Assembly: GCF_030144855.1 (NCBI RefSeq)
Contig: NC_082709.1
Coordinates: 37,324,001 to 37,388,000 of the forward strand
Reading direction: 5' to 3'
Origin: Hypanus sabinus
Lineage: Eukaryota
Length of the DNA stretch: 64,000 nucleotides
Shown here: in pieces, positions 1 to 13,430 of the stretch
Layout of the letters: each line of letters opens with the position of its first letter
Numbering within the stretch: position 1 is the stretch's first letter
Notes under the pieces: generated by a model
Databases searched by the model: none
The model's input: the letters and a program-made list of their open reading frames with translations, nothing else
Told to the model about the DNA's origin: nothing
Made by a program: the position numbers and the translations under genes

Positions 1-32
1 AGAGTAAAAGAAACCATAGAGATATTAAGCAA

Positions 33-125
33 CAACACACACAAAATGCTGGTGGAACACAGCAGGCCAGGCAGCATCTATAGAGAGAAGCGCTGTCAAC
101 GTTTCGGGCCGAGACCCTTCGTCAG
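33..125 (-). mobile_element. Short Penelope-like element terminal fragment with a hammerhead-ribozyme core
   Basis: 14-bp direct repeat GAGATATTAAGCAA at 19-32 and 126-139. The minus strand reads CTGACGA-A-GGGT(CTCG)GCCC-GAAA-CGTT. Confidence 0.75.
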
Positions 126-139
126 GAGATATTAAGCAA

Positions 140-1060
140 ATATTTTGGATTTGTCTTCAGGGCAAATGATTCAAATAACTTCCCAGAAATGCAAAGGAAC
201 CATTTTTGATGAAAATGAAGTTAAAAAAAAAAAGTGTTCTGAAGAAATAATGGAATTGAAAGCAATAGATTATTTGTATCCTAGAATGCTGAATGCTGAA
301 AGGGGTACCTGTGAAAATAGTGAAGATTATCTTCCCTAAATATTTGTTTATGGAATGGTTTCTACATATTTAATGGTGGCAAATATAACCCCACAATTTT
401 AAAAAGAGTGAGAGAGAAAACAAAAAACAGCAGAATGGTTTGTTTAACACCAGTAGCATGGGATTTCCTGGAATTTAACAGGCTTTTATATATAGACTGA
501 TTAGGGAAGGTTAACATTCATTTTAAAAGGGAAATTGTGCTGAGTTCTTTGAGGATAAGTTACTTGAGAAAGTATTTGGTAGAATTGATAAATGAGAAAT
601 AATGGATGTGTTGTCTGTGGATATTTAGGTTTTAAAATGTCCCTCATGAGAGGCTATTGTGAAATAATAAAGTGCATGAGATTGGATTTAAAATTAATTG
701 GTATATAGGATACTGATTAGGTATTAATGAGTCTTTTTCTGGATGACAGATAGTGATTAGTTGAGTACCCCAGTGATCAATGCCTGAGCCACAGTCAGGT
801 ATACTTATTAATGGTTTGAATGATGGAACCAAATATCATATTCCTAAATTCACCAAAAAACACAAAACTGGATAAGATTGCAAATTGTGAGGAGGATATA
901 AAAAGGCTTCAAGATGCTTAAGAGAAGTTGCAACAGTGGCCAAATTGTGGCACATATAGCATAATGTGGATAAAGTTGAAATTGGTGCTTTGATAAGAGA
1001 AATAAGAAAGATAGTTTTATTTAATTGATGAGATTAGAAAATGTTGGCCTATACCTAGTC
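140..1060 (+). mobile_element. Heavily decayed CR1 LINE ORF2 (RT) remnant
   Basis: Degenerate CR1 RT landmarks in the expected order (tatcctagaatgctg, gtggcaaatataacccca, gtaccccagtgatcaatgc, aaattcaccaaaaaacacaaaact). Confidence 0.7.
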
Positions 1061-1879
1061 ATTGAAAGTGTGATGGTTTTTCATTGTCCATGGCCAGGAG
1101 GGTGCTTTTTGCCAAGCGCAGCTTTCTATCATTGCAGCTGACACTTCAAGAGATCAAGAGTTGTTTTTAAGTAAGGTAAACTTCCAACCAATATTGTTTG
1201 TTCAGCTTCTTGACTTAAGCAGGAGCCAGTCTTCAGTTCTTAATGTAAATGGCAAGTAGTAATCAGTCTGATGTTAAAAAGAGAGCTTTGCAAACAAACC
1301 GTACTGTCTATCAAACACAGATTGCTGGCCCACAGCACAGGGCCGTCGGTTCAAGAAATGAGTGTATCAATCTGGACAAGACTGGCTACGTTTGCAGACC
1401 AGATTGATACTATCATTTGGCACATCAAACTACTGATCTATCAGTTGTTAGCAGATTTTCATACTGACAAATCAGTCTTCACAGCATTAATTTTGAGTGT
1501 ATGAGTTATTTGTCACCAGAAACTTTTAGACCATCTGAGTGAAAAGGTATCTGAAAAAAAATTAAATCCTTGTGAAGTTAATCAAGCAACAAAAGGACAT
1601 TATAAATGTAAGCGAGCAGTCATGCTTGTTAAGAATGGTAAGAAGAATGGCAGAAATACAATGTTAACTAGAATTCATTTCTTTGCTTTCAATTTCCATA
1701 ATGGATGACTTGTTCATCTGCAAATCATTGGTATGTTTTTCTTTTAACTTATACGAATTGTACCTGTGTTTTGGAAATCCTTGTGGTTTAGAAATCATTT
1801 GTAATTTGGAAATCTTTTATTAGTTAGAAAAACTCAGTGTTTTAAATGTATTTTAAGAGTCTTATCTAAATTTAAATTT

Positions 1880-2699
1880 TGTAGCCTGGGAAAAAGTGCA
1901 CACTTAGGACGACACATTCTTTTTTGGGTTTAGTGCCGGAAGAGGGTCTTATTAAAAAAAAACAGAACGTACAATACAACCAGTTCCTGCCATTACAATC
2001 TCCGTTTAACCTTCGATCCACACACTTGTTTATCAACCAGTTGCATATGCAGTATAAAAAGATATAAAGCAAACCGTACAAAACTAATACAGTAGTGGCG
2101 ATTCTGAAGGAACACAATACAAACGACGTTAGGATTCCCCCAACCCTGTACCTTATACATAGCAGCGAAAATGTAAGTGACTACATCACATCTAAGATGT
2201 CAACTCCTGCACGTGCTGAACTTCCAGATAGACTAAACGTTCACATTACGCTGTTACAAGCGCAATCAGTCATGATACAATAAAGTTAGACAAAAGGTAC
2301 ACTTCAGCACAACTTTTACACAATATTGCCTGGTAGTTAAATTACAGGAAGACTGACCTACTTGGCCGGTGAGGAACTTCGCACAAGCCACACTATCCGT
2401 GCCGATGCCTTCACTCGTGAAAATCTAAAGCATCCACATGCAAAACATATTAGATTACCAATATTCTTGATTCGCCAACAAGCATAAACAAATTCACATG
2501 GATATTGTCAATTAATTCTCACTTTTCCTCACCAGGCCCCGTATTTTTGGGAGGAACTTAATCCCAAAGCTCCACCAGCTTTCTCTGCAGAAAACAAAAT
2601 GGTCTCCCCACTATCCCGAGTGTGCGTAATGATGTCACCGTCTTCACTTAAAGGCACAGACCACTATTCTAGCATTACCCAGATGGATGCCTAAGTACA
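1880..2699 (-). mobile_element. Solo LTR of an LTR retrotransposon (family uncertain)
   Basis: TGTA...TACA termini, about 820 bp, no coding capacity. Flanks ATTT and CTTT (possible decayed 4-bp TSD). A diverged partial copy lies at 7565-8060. Confidence 0.6.
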
Positions 2700-3089
2700 C
2701 TTTTTAACGATAATGAATAGGATTTGATGGTCACCCAGTTATATAAATGTGAATCACTAGAAGTAAATGAACTGTGTTTAAACTGCTTTGTTAGCTGGGC
2801 CTTTCTTCTCCTTGGTAGGGAGGGGGAAACCACTGCTCAAATAGTGGGTATTGGCACCTGTGGAGGATAAACAGGGAACTGATCTAGCCTTCGAAGAGTA
2901 GGTGGCTAGAGTATGATCTCCCCTTGGTGAGGGTAGCTATCTATATCAGATGGAGCTTAAGATCTTCATTTGAGTTTCAAACTCACCGGTCAGAAAACCT
3001 ATTCCCATCACAAATGTGCAGAGCAGCAAGCAGTTAAGTAGAATGGACTCGTGGCCTTCAGTGCAAGAGGCTTCTGGAATGGGAACAAG

Positions 3090-3610
3090 GATTCCTTGCT
3101 ATGTTTATGCAGTACCATGGTGAACCCACACTTAGTAAGTTCCCTTTATTTAAAAGGTATTCTGTCTGTAGAGAGAGTGTAGTGAGGGCTCACCAGTCAC
3201 ACAGCTGGGATGGAGAATCCATCACATGAGGATTACAGGCAGTGATACTGCCTGTAATCACTGAAGTTGGAAAAACTGACAAGACAGAGTTCTGATGGTG
3301 CTTGAGATATTGGATGCGTGTTTCCCCTGGTTAAAGGCTCTTGTATCTAGAGTCACATCTAATACGGGGTAAAGCATTTTGCACTGAGCTGATAAATCTC
3401 TTCATTTAAAGGGTGGTCACCATTGGAAAATTTCTACTATGAAAGATGGTGGTGCCCCAGTTTCTGAATACATTTTAAAAGAGGTGGATTGCTTTCCAGG
3501 AACGGGACAACGCAGAGTGTAAGGGTGAGACAGAATATGGTACTGATCTGTTTGATTAGGTGTAGTCATATCAGATTTCAGAACAGAACCAACTAACTTA
3601 CTAATTTTCC
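3090..3610 (+). mobile_element. Decayed CR1 3' fragment
   Basis: Degenerate C-terminal ORF2 and 3' UTR landmarks (ggtgaacccacactta, agggtggtcac). Confidence 0.55.
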
Positions 3611-6054
3611 CATTTGAGCATGCTCAAAAATAATGCAATAGCATGTTTTGCCTCAGAAATTTTAGTCATGAGGTGATAACTTGACATTGATACATCAACC
3701 AAGTACAAACAATTGTACATGATGAGTGTGTAGTTCAAGAATTTTAAGCAAACATTGTCTTTCCAACCTCCTTTTTACCACTTGTTCTCTCTCCACCTCC
3801 CACCCCAACTGTGACAACACCAACCTCAAACCTAGTCACGTATTTTTCCTGTTCCTCTGAACCAGGGATTTTATTTCCTGCGTCTCAGCGCCGTCACACT
3901 GACAGGTGTTTACAGTTTTAATTGTCTTGGATTGCACTGAGTCTAACCCTCAAAACATAAACAATCTGCTTAATTAAAATTACTAATATAATATTAACTA
4001 AGAGATTAGTTTCAGTTTTTGGGTTTGTCTTTGGCTTTGCTGCTACTTTTTCACTGAAGCAAAATAACAGTCACAGGAAACAATTCATTAAACCAAATTC
4101 TGTCTATCTCTGTGGTAGTCTCAGCTCCATGCTTATTGAGAGTGAAATGATCAATAGAACTGCATCATTTTGATCATTGTGATTCAGTTATTGTCTGACG
4201 TGAATTTAAATTTTCATTCATATTCTTGTAATGATGAAGTAATTCAATTATGTGGAAGTCTAAACAGAGCCATATATTAAAGAAAATTGATAATCCCTTT
4301 ACACAATGGTATTATATTGAAATTAGTTTATGAATGCCATCTTTTATTTCACTGTTAAATTTGTATAGCCATCTAACAAAATAAGTTTCTCTTTTGGAAG
4401 CGTAGTTGATTTTTCAAGAAATACACCCTTTAGTTTTGCAAGATATTAGAACAATTTCTATGACCATTGAATGAAAGAGGAAAACAAAATATAGACAGCT
4501 AATCAATAGTTAGAAAAGATTAAAGTTCTCCCTGTACTACTAATCTGAGAATGAAAACAGTAAAGCCAGAAATACTCTGCAGGATGGCCTGCACCCGTAG
4601 AAGCACAGAAGTTAACTGCATAAGCTTCTGAGTATTTCCAGCTTTTTTTTTTGTTTTTTTAAATTCATCAACCAGAGGAAAAATATAGCTATTTTTCAGA
4701 TCAGATCTGAAGGAAATGGAATTCTGGCTAAGATTTTATGAATAATGTTTTATCAAAATAATTAAGTTTGCATATGTATCTTGTAGGATTTATTATTATT
4801 AATTAGATTTTTGGGATTTTATGTTATTTCTGGCTGATGTTTTTTATGTACAAAAATAGCAAGTAATTATCACAATTATATTTCTCCGATTTATTCTTCC
4901 TTGAATCATTTGACTGAACTTGTCCTAGTTTACACATTCACAGTTTTTGTTTTCGGATAACTTTCCTTCCAAACATTTTTATGTAGCTTCGACTACATCT
5001 TTTTCCATCTGGCAAGCCAGCCGCTGGAGGTTTCATAGCTTTCTGTCTCCTGTTGTGCCAACTTTTAGGTATTTTAACAGAAGTCCATTCATTGGAGCCC
5101 CGTGGGATTCTGCCCTAACTAACTAAATGATTTAGTTGCTTCTCAAGTCTTGCTCTTTTCCATCCTTTTTTCATTTTGGAATTTAATTTTCTTACCTTGT
5201 TTCTTTAGTTTCCTTTGTATCTTTGTGCTTCAAAGCATTTCTAACTGTCTAGCAACATGTTTGTTAGGTACTTACTATAGGAGGTCACTCCGAAATGTGT
5301 GGGGAGAGGTTGGGGAGATTTCAGATCTTTATTGGTTCGGATTTACTTGCAGCTAAAGCTACTTATGAACAATATATCAGAACCAAAGTTGTGGGAAGGA
5401 CATTTTTGTCATTCATCCAACATAACTATAAGCTTGATCCTTTGTTTTGTTGATTTCTTATAAGCTGCTTCAGTTGTACTTACTAGGAATAGATTGTAAT
5501 TAGTGGTTGGATGATAGTTATTGCTGTAATCTTATCCTTGGAAAAACTTGGTCGGCATTCTAAACAAATTCATCAAGTTGTGTTTCCTCTTTTAAACTAA
5601 AGTATTAAGATCCTTTAATCCATTTATTTTTAAGTATTAAATGTTTGACATATACTATGGTAATCATTTCTAATTTATTGGCTGACAGATATATCAGTCT
5701 TTTGTAAAAGTGTTGCCTCAATTGACTGCTGATTCACTTATTTCAAGAAAATATATTGGCTAATATTTCAAAAAAAAAACATTGTTTATGATGACTATTA
5801 CACCATAGCTAAGCATCAAGTTTTAGAAACACTTTGCCTATGCAAATATTTTGTTCAGAATTATTCTTGCTTTACTTATTAGCCTGAAACCTTACTTTAT
5901 AACTCCATGTGAAATGTTTGCATAGCTTAGAAATAGCTATATTTTTATGGATGAAATATAAAAAGAAGCATTGGCAAAATGTGACCAAATATAATATTGG
6001 AAGATAGGATTCACTAAATAATAAAACTGGTTTAAAAACTATGAGTTAGACCAT

Positions 6055-6365
6055 CAGACCATAAGACATGGGAGCAGAATTAGGCCATTCAGCCCATTGA
6101 GTCTGCTCTGCCATTCCATCATGGTTGATTTATTATCCTGCTTAACACTATTCTCCTGCCTTCTCATCATAAAGGTTGTCATCCTTACTAATATTTATCA
6201 ACCTCCTCTTTAAATATACACAATGATTTGGCCTCCACAGCCATCTGTGGTGATGAATCCCACAGATACCACTGTCTGGCTAAAAAATTCCCCCTCATTT
6301 CTGTTCTCAAGGGACATTATTCTGAGGCTGTGCCATTTAGTTCTAGATTCCCCCAACATAGGAAC
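6055..6365 (-). mobile_element. CR1 3' end
   Basis: agaccataagacatgggagcagaattaggccattcagccc is the reverse complement of a CR1 3' tail, also seen at about 8072. Confidence 0.8.
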
Positions 6366-6367
6366 AC

Positions 6368-7292
6368 TAGGTCTCTGTACCTCCCTCTGCAAATGGATCC
6401 TTGACTTCCTCATCAGGAGAGCACAATTAGTGGGGATCGGAAATAACACCTCCTCACTGACAATTAACTTTGGGGCACCTTAAGGATACACGCTTAGACA
6501 GCCGTACTACTCTCTCTAACCCACGATTGTGTGGCTAGCACACCATCGATAAATTTGCCCATGTCACAACTATTGACAACATTTCAGATGGTGACGAGAC
6601 AGCATGCAGGAGTGAGATAAATCAGCTGGGTGAATGGTGTCACAGCACCAACCTTGCACTCAACATCAGTAAAACCAAGGGATTGATTGTGGACTTCAGG
6701 TTGGGAAAGTCAAAGGAACAGCAGTCGAAAGGGTCAGCAGTTTAAAGCTCCTGGGCGTCAGCATCCGTGAAGATTTATTCTGGGCCCAATGTGTTAATGC
6801 AATTAGAAAGAATCCATAGCAGTGCCTGTATTTCATTAGGCATGTCACCAAAGATTCTCCAAATTTGCTGTGGAGAGCATTCTAACTGGTTACATTATTG
6901 AAGGGATACTGCAGAGGATTGGAAAAAAATGTTGCAGTAAGTTACAAACTCAGCCAGCTTTATCATGGATGCCAGTCTCCCCAGCATTGAGGACTCCTTC
7001 GAAAGACGATGCCTCAGAAAGGCAGCATCGTTCATTTAGGACCCTCATCACCCAGGACATGCCCTCTTCTCATTGCTACCATCAAAAAAGAGGTACAGGA
7101 GCCTGAAGACATACACTCAACATTTCAGAGACAGTGTCTCCTCTGCCATCAGATTTCTGATTGGGCAATGAACCTATATATATATATATATCTTATTGTA
7201 ATTTATATTTTATGTCTTACAATGTATAGCTGCTGGAAACCAGCAAAATTCATGATGTATGCCAGTGATACTAAACTTGAATCTGATTTTGA
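6368..7292 (+). mobile_element. Rex1/Babar-like non-LTR retrotransposon 3' part
   Basis: Translates LCKWILDFLIRR...SSLTINFGAP and VESILTG; ends in an aaacttgaatctgatt tail. Confidence 0.75.
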
Positions 7293-7564
7293 AATAGCCT
7301 CTCCCACATACACTCTATGTAGGCCTTTCAATATGTGGTAGGTTTCAATGAGATTTCCCCTCATTATTTTAAACTTCAGGGTATACAGAACCAGAGCTTT
7401 CAAAAGATCCTCACATGTTAACCCTTTCATTTCTGGGCTCATTCTTGTGAAACTCCTCAGGACCCTCACCAATACTAGCGCATCTTTTCTTGGATAAGAG
7501 GTCCAACTGTGCCTCACAATACTCCAAGTGAGGTCTGACCAATGCCTTATAAAACATCAGCATT

Positions 7565-8060
7565 ATGGAACCCTGGGAAAAATACACGTGCAGGACAACA
7601 GATACTTTTTCAGGTCTTAAATTCCTTTATTTGCTTTAGATGTTTTATTGCAGAGGGAGGGTATCTAAATAAAAATGACAACATGAATTAAAAAAAACAG
7701 TTCCTGCCATTACACTCCCAGCGTAGCTTCAGACCACACCCTTGTTATGTATGCAGTGTGAAATTAACTGAAACAAAATATACAAAACCAGTACATTAGT
7801 GGCAATTCTAAAACAAAATAATACAAATAATGTTAGAATCCCACCACCCTCTACCTTATACATAACATCAAAAATATGAATAAATACATCTCATCTTACC
7901 TAAGAGATGTATTCACATTTGGAACACATGCTTAACTTCCAAACATGGATAGGCTAGACCTTGAAGTGAGCTCTCCTCACTCACGCTATGTGAACAAGAC
8001 TAGCACATTCACATTACTCTGTTACATTCACATTCAGTCATGAAACAATAAAGAAAGCCA
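7565..8060 (-). mobile_element. Truncated second copy of the LTR at 1880-2699
   Basis: Shares colinear blocks (ctgggaaaaa, cagttcctgccattaca, accttatacata, ttcacattac...cagtcatga...caataaag). Ends where a CR1 begins. Confidence 0.65.
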
Positions 8061-8071
8061 TATAAACTTTT

Positions 8072-9665
8072 AGACCATGAGACGATAAGACAAAGGAGCA
8101 GAACTCGGCCATTCAGCCCATTGAGTCTGCTCCGGCATTTCATCATGAGCTGATCCAATCTTCCCTTTATTCCCATTCCCCTGCCTTCTCACCATAACCT
8201 TTGATACCCTGACTACTCAGACACCTATCAATCTCTGCCTTAAATACACCCAATGACTTGGCCTCCACTGCCGCCCGTGGCAACACATTTCACTGATTCA
8301 CCACCCTCTGGCTAAAAAATTTTTTTTGCATCTCTGCCTGTCCACTCGTACTAGACTCACCCACCATGGAAAATAACTTTGCCACATCCACTCTGTCCAT
8401 GCCTTTCAACATTCGAAATGTTTCTATGAGGTCACCCCTCATTCTTATAAACTCCAAGGAGTACAGTCCAAGAGCAGTCAAACTTTCCTCATATGTTAAC
8501 CCTCTCATTCCCGGTGAATTCTCACATTCATAATGAATCTTCTAGGAATGAATGCCAACATTGAGAACTTTGAATTCTCTTCCTATTTAAATAATTGTCT
8601 GCCCGTTTATTTCTTCTGCCAAAGTGCATGACTGTACACTTTACAACATTGTAATTCATTTGCCACTTCTTTGCCCATTCCCCCAATCTATCAAAGTCTC
8701 TCTGCAGACTCTGTTTCCTTAGCACTACCAACCCCTCCACCTATCTTTGTATCATCATCAAACTTAGCGACAAAGCCATCTATTCCATAATCCAAATCGT
8801 TGATATACAACGTAAAAAAAAAAGCAGCCCCACAGACCCCTGTGGAACACCACTAGTAACCAGCTTCCAACCAAAATGGGATCCCTTTATTCCCACTCTC
8901 TGTTTCCTGCCAATCAACCAATGCTCTATCCACATATGTAACTTTCCTGTAATTCCATGGGCTCTTATCTTGTTTAGCAGCCTCATGTGTGGCAGTTTGT
9001 CAAAGACCTTCTGAAAATCCAAATACACAACATCCACTGCATCTCCCTTGTCTATCCTACTCGTAATTTCCTCAAGCAATTGCACTAGGTTTGTCAGGCA
9101 GGATTTTCCTTTAAGGAAACCATGTTGAGTTCTGCCTATCTTGTCATATGCCTCCAGGTGCTCTGTAACCTCATCCTTGACAATCGACTCCAACAAATTC
9201 CCTACCACCGATGTCAAGCTAACAGGTCTATAATTTTCTTTTTGCTTCCTTGCCCCCTTCTTAAATAGCGGAGTGACATTTGCAATATTCTAGTCCTCTG
9301 GAACCATGCCAGAATCTATCGACTTTTAAAAGATCACTGCTAATGCTTTTGCAATCTCCACTGCTACTTCCTTCAGAACACGAGGGTGCATTCCATCTGG
9401 TCCAGGAGATTTATCTACCCTTAGACTATTCAGCTTCCTGGGTACTTTCTCTGTTGTAATTGTGACTGTGCATATTTCTCTTCCCTGACACCCTTGAATG
9501 TCTGGTATATTGCTGATGTCTTCCTCAGTGAAGACTGATGCAATTCAGTTCCTCTACTATCTCCTTATCTCCCATTACAATTTCTCCAACATCATTTTCT
9601 ATCGGTCCTATATCTACTCTCACCTATCTTTTACTCTTTATCTACTTGAAAAAGCTTTTACAATA
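8072..9665 (-). mobile_element. CR1 LINE, 5'-truncated and internally deleted ORF2
   Basis: ORFs 8780-9217 (QHGFLKGKSCLTNL, YLDFQKVFDK, SGVPQGSV), 8528-8740 and 8290-8508 (MRGDLIETF), plus a 3' tail. Confidence 0.92.
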
Positions 9666-9689
9666 TATTTCCTTGTAGTTGAATTACTA

Positions 9690-10010
9690 AAAAGTGGTAG
9701 GGGAGGTGAAGGGGTGCCAGTCCAAGGTGATAAGTGAAGCCAGGTGAGGAGGAAGGTGAGTGGGTAGGAGAGGGTGGATTAAGGAAGATGTTGGGAGGTT
9801 GTAGGTAGAAAAGGTAAAGGGCTGAAAAAGAAGGAATCTGATCAAAGAGGAGAGTGGACCATGAGAGAAAAGGAAGGAGGGAGGGCAGTGGAGGGAGGTG
9901 ATAGGTAGGTGAGGAGAAGAGAAGGGGTGGGGGGAGAAATGACTGGAAATCAGAGAAATCGATGTTCATGCTATTTGGTTGGAGGCTACCCAGGTGGGAT
10001 ATGAGGCTGT
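9690..10010 (-). mobile_element. Penelope-like element 3' region fragment
   Basis: Purine-rich tract followed by cagagaaatcgatgttcatgc...ggttggaggctacccag. The minus strand encodes LGSLQPNSMNIDFSDF, a C-terminus typical of Penelope-like ORFs. Confidence 0.6.
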
Positions 10011-10539
10011 AGGGGTTGCCATGGACCACCGTGTTAGATTGGTCACTGTACTGACATTTGATTGAACTATATTGTAGGGAAATTGGATTTAGGTAATAAC
10101 TGTTCTGCAATTATTGAAGTCTGGCAAAATGTGAAGCATTTTGCAGTTTTGTTACAGAAACATAGCAGTGTGGAAAAATGGGAAGATGAGTAGGGCAATC
10201 AGCCTCTTGAGACTGTTTATCATGGCTCATCCTTTATTGTGAAACCATCTTTCAGTTATCTCCCCATACACGTAGTGTTCTTTCCTGTCAAAAAATCTGT
10301 CCATTTTCTGCCATGGAAGATAGAATAGTTTCACTACCTCTGAATGAAGAAATTCTTCTTCTTTTCATTTCTAGGCATTGTGACTACTTTTGCTATTTAT
10401 TTCTGCCCATGACATCATCTGTATGCATTCAGCCTGACAAGCCTACTTTGAATTTTGAGTTTCAGTAGGAGCCCCTGTCATTCTTCTAAAACTTTGTAAA
10501 TACAGGCTGAATAGATCTAAACTCTACTCAAGTGCAAAG

Positions 10540-11250
10540 AGACTTAGCTGTCTGCAAGACTCCCAGAAGGTTAATTTACAGGTTGAGTCTGTGGTAAAGA
10601 AGGCAAATGCAATATTGGCACTTATTTCAAGGAGAATAGAATATAAAAATCAAGGAGATAATGCTGAGGCTTTATAAGACACTAGTCAGGCTTCATTTGG
10701 AGAATTGTCAACAGGTTTGGGCCCCATATCTCAGAAAGGATGTGTTGATATTTGAAGGAGTCCGGAGGAGGTTCACGAAGATGATTCCGGGAGTGAAGGG
10801 TTAATGTATGAGCAGCATTTGGCAGCTTCAAGCCTGTACTCATTGGAATTTATGGGGATTGGGGATGGGGATCTCATTGAAACTTAGCAAATGTTGAAAG
10901 GACTAGATAAGAAGGATATGGAGAAGATGTTTCCTATGATTGGAGTATCTAGAACCAGAGGGCACAGCCTCAAAATTGAGGGGCAAACTATTAGAACAGA
11001 GGTAGGGAGGAATTCTTTTATCCAGAGAGTAGTGAATCTGTAATGCTCTGCCACAGACTATGGTGGATAGGTGTAGTCCATAGATATACTTTAAGTAGAA
11101 TTTGATAGTTTCCTGATTGGTCAGGGCATCAAAGGATATGGCAAGAAGGCAGGTGTATGAGGTCGAGTGGGATCTGGGATCAGCCATGATGGAATGGCAG
11201 AGCAGACTGGAGGGGCTGAATGGCCTAATGGTCTCTCCTTGTATCATAGT
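10540..11250 (+). mobile_element. CR1 3' fragment inserted in an older minus-strand CR1 (about 10180-10530, 11255-11670, 13430-13560)
   Basis: aaggcaaatgcaatattggc...gatctcattgaaac...accagagggcacagcctc...ggctgaatggccta tail. Confidence 0.8.
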
Positions 11251-11674
11251 CCTGCTAGCCTAGAAATTGGTTTAGTAGCATCTTCTGCTGCACTAGTGTA
11301 TCTTGGATTTAAAGGCCAGAATAATACATGCTACTCCAGGTGTGGTCTCATTTAGGTGCTATATAATTGTAGTAGGATATCTATGCTCTTGTACTTAAAA
11401 AGAGCTAATATACTATTTGTTGTCTTCATTGCTCCTTGCACCTGCACACTCCCTTTCAGTGACTTGTGTACACAGACACCCAGATTCCTCTGTCCATTAG
11501 TATTTCCCAATTAGTCACCATTCTTTCTGTTCTTGCTCTTAGGGTGAAGTAACTTCACAATCCATTCATTTTACTGCATTTATCCATTTCCTCACCTTAT
11601 CTGAGTTACCTTCGAAACACATTAGCACCCTCCCTACAACTCACAATTTCACCCATGTCTAAGTTGTCATTGAT

Positions 11675-13430
11675 TAAATGTAGGACCAATCAAGTGTGAC
11701 AGTGGAAAAGTGTGTCTGGAACCGAAGGGGATAGCAGAGGTACTTAATGAGTACTTTGTTTCAGTATTCACTACAGAAGAGGTCTTTGGCGATTGTGAGG
11801 ATGACTTACAGTGGACTGAAAAGCCTGAATATGTAGATATTAAGACAGAGGATGTGCTGGAGTGTTTGGAAAGCATCAAGTTGGATAAGTCACCGAGACC
11901 AGACGAGATGTACCCCAGGCTACCATGCGAGGCAAAGGAGAAGATTGCTGGGGCTTTGACGATGATCTTTGAATCATCGATGGGGATGGGAGAGGTTCCG
12001 GAGGATTGGAGGGTTGTGGATGTTGTTCCATTATTCAAGAAAGAGAGTAGACATACCCCAGGAATTATAGACCAATGAGTCATACTCAAGTGGTTGGTAA
12101 GTTGATGGAGAAGATCCTGAGGGGCAGATTTTATGAACATTTTGAGAGGCATTATATGATTAGGAATAGTCAGCAAGGCTTTGTGAAAGGCAGATCGTGC
12201 CTTACGAGCCTGATTGAATTTTTTGTCGATATGATTAAACACATTGATGAAGGTAGAGCAGTGGATATAGTGAATATGGATTTCAGTAAGGCATTTGACA
12301 AGATTCCCCATGCAGGGCTTATTGAGAAAGTAAGGAGGCATGGGATCCAAAGGGACATTGCTTTGTGGATCCAGAGCTGGCTTGTCCACAGAAGGCAAAG
12401 AGTGGTTGTAGATAGGTCATATTCTGCATGGAGGTTGGTAACCATTGGTTTGCCTCAGGGATTTGTTCTGGGACCCCTATACTTTGTAATTTTTATAAAT
12501 GACCTGGATAAAGTAGTGGAGGGATGGTTTAGTAAATTTGCTGATGACACAAAGTTTGGAGATGATGTGGATAGTGTGGAGGGCTGTCAGAGGTTACAGT
12601 GGGACATTGATAAGATGCAAAATTGGGCTGAGAAGTGGCAGATGGAGTTCAACCCAGATAAGTGTGAGGTGGGTCATTTTGGTAGGTCCAATATGATGGC
12701 AGAAGATAGGATTAATGGTAAGAATGTTGGCAGTGTGGAGGATCAGAGGGATCTTGGAGTCCGAATCCATAGGACTCTCAAAGCAGCTGTGTAGGTTGAC
12801 TCTGTGGTTAAGAAAGCATACAGTATATTGGCCTTCATCAATTGTGGGTTTGAGTTTAGGAGCTGAGAGGTAATGTTGCAGCTATATAGGACCCTGGTCA
12901 GACCCCACTTGGAGACTGTGCTCAGTTCTGGTCGCCCCCCTATCGGAAGGATGTGGAAACTATGGAAAGGATGCAGAAGAGATTTACAAGGATGTTGCCT
13001 GGATTGGGGAGCATGCCTTATGAAAATAGTTTGAGTAAACTCAGCCTTTTCTAGTTGGAGTGATGCAGGATGAGAGGGGACCTGATAGAGGTGTATAAGA
13101 TGATGAGAGGCATTGGTCATGTGGTTAGTCAGAGGCTTTTTCTCAGGCCTGAAATGGCTAGCACGAGAGGGCACAGTTTTAAGGTGCTGGGGAGTAGATA
13201 CAGAGGAGATGTCAGGGGTAAGTTTTTTATGCAGAGAGTAGTGAGTGCATGGAATGGGCTGCCAGCGACAGTAGTGGAGGCAGATACGATAGGGTCTTTT
13301 AAGAGACTCATGGATAGGCACATGGAGCTCAGAAAAATAGAGGGCTATGGTAATTCTAGGTAAGGACATGTTTGGCACAGCTTTGTGGGCCGAAAGGTCT
13401 GTATTGTGATGTAGGTTTTCTGTGTTTCTA
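11675..13430 (+). mobile_element. CR1 LINE, 5'-truncated, frameshifted RT and 3' UTR
   Basis: ORFs 11710-12078, 12075-12794 (QQGFVKGRSCLTSL, GLPQGFVLGP, KFADDTK) and 13070-13363; ends in aggttttctgtgtttcta. Confidence 0.93.
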
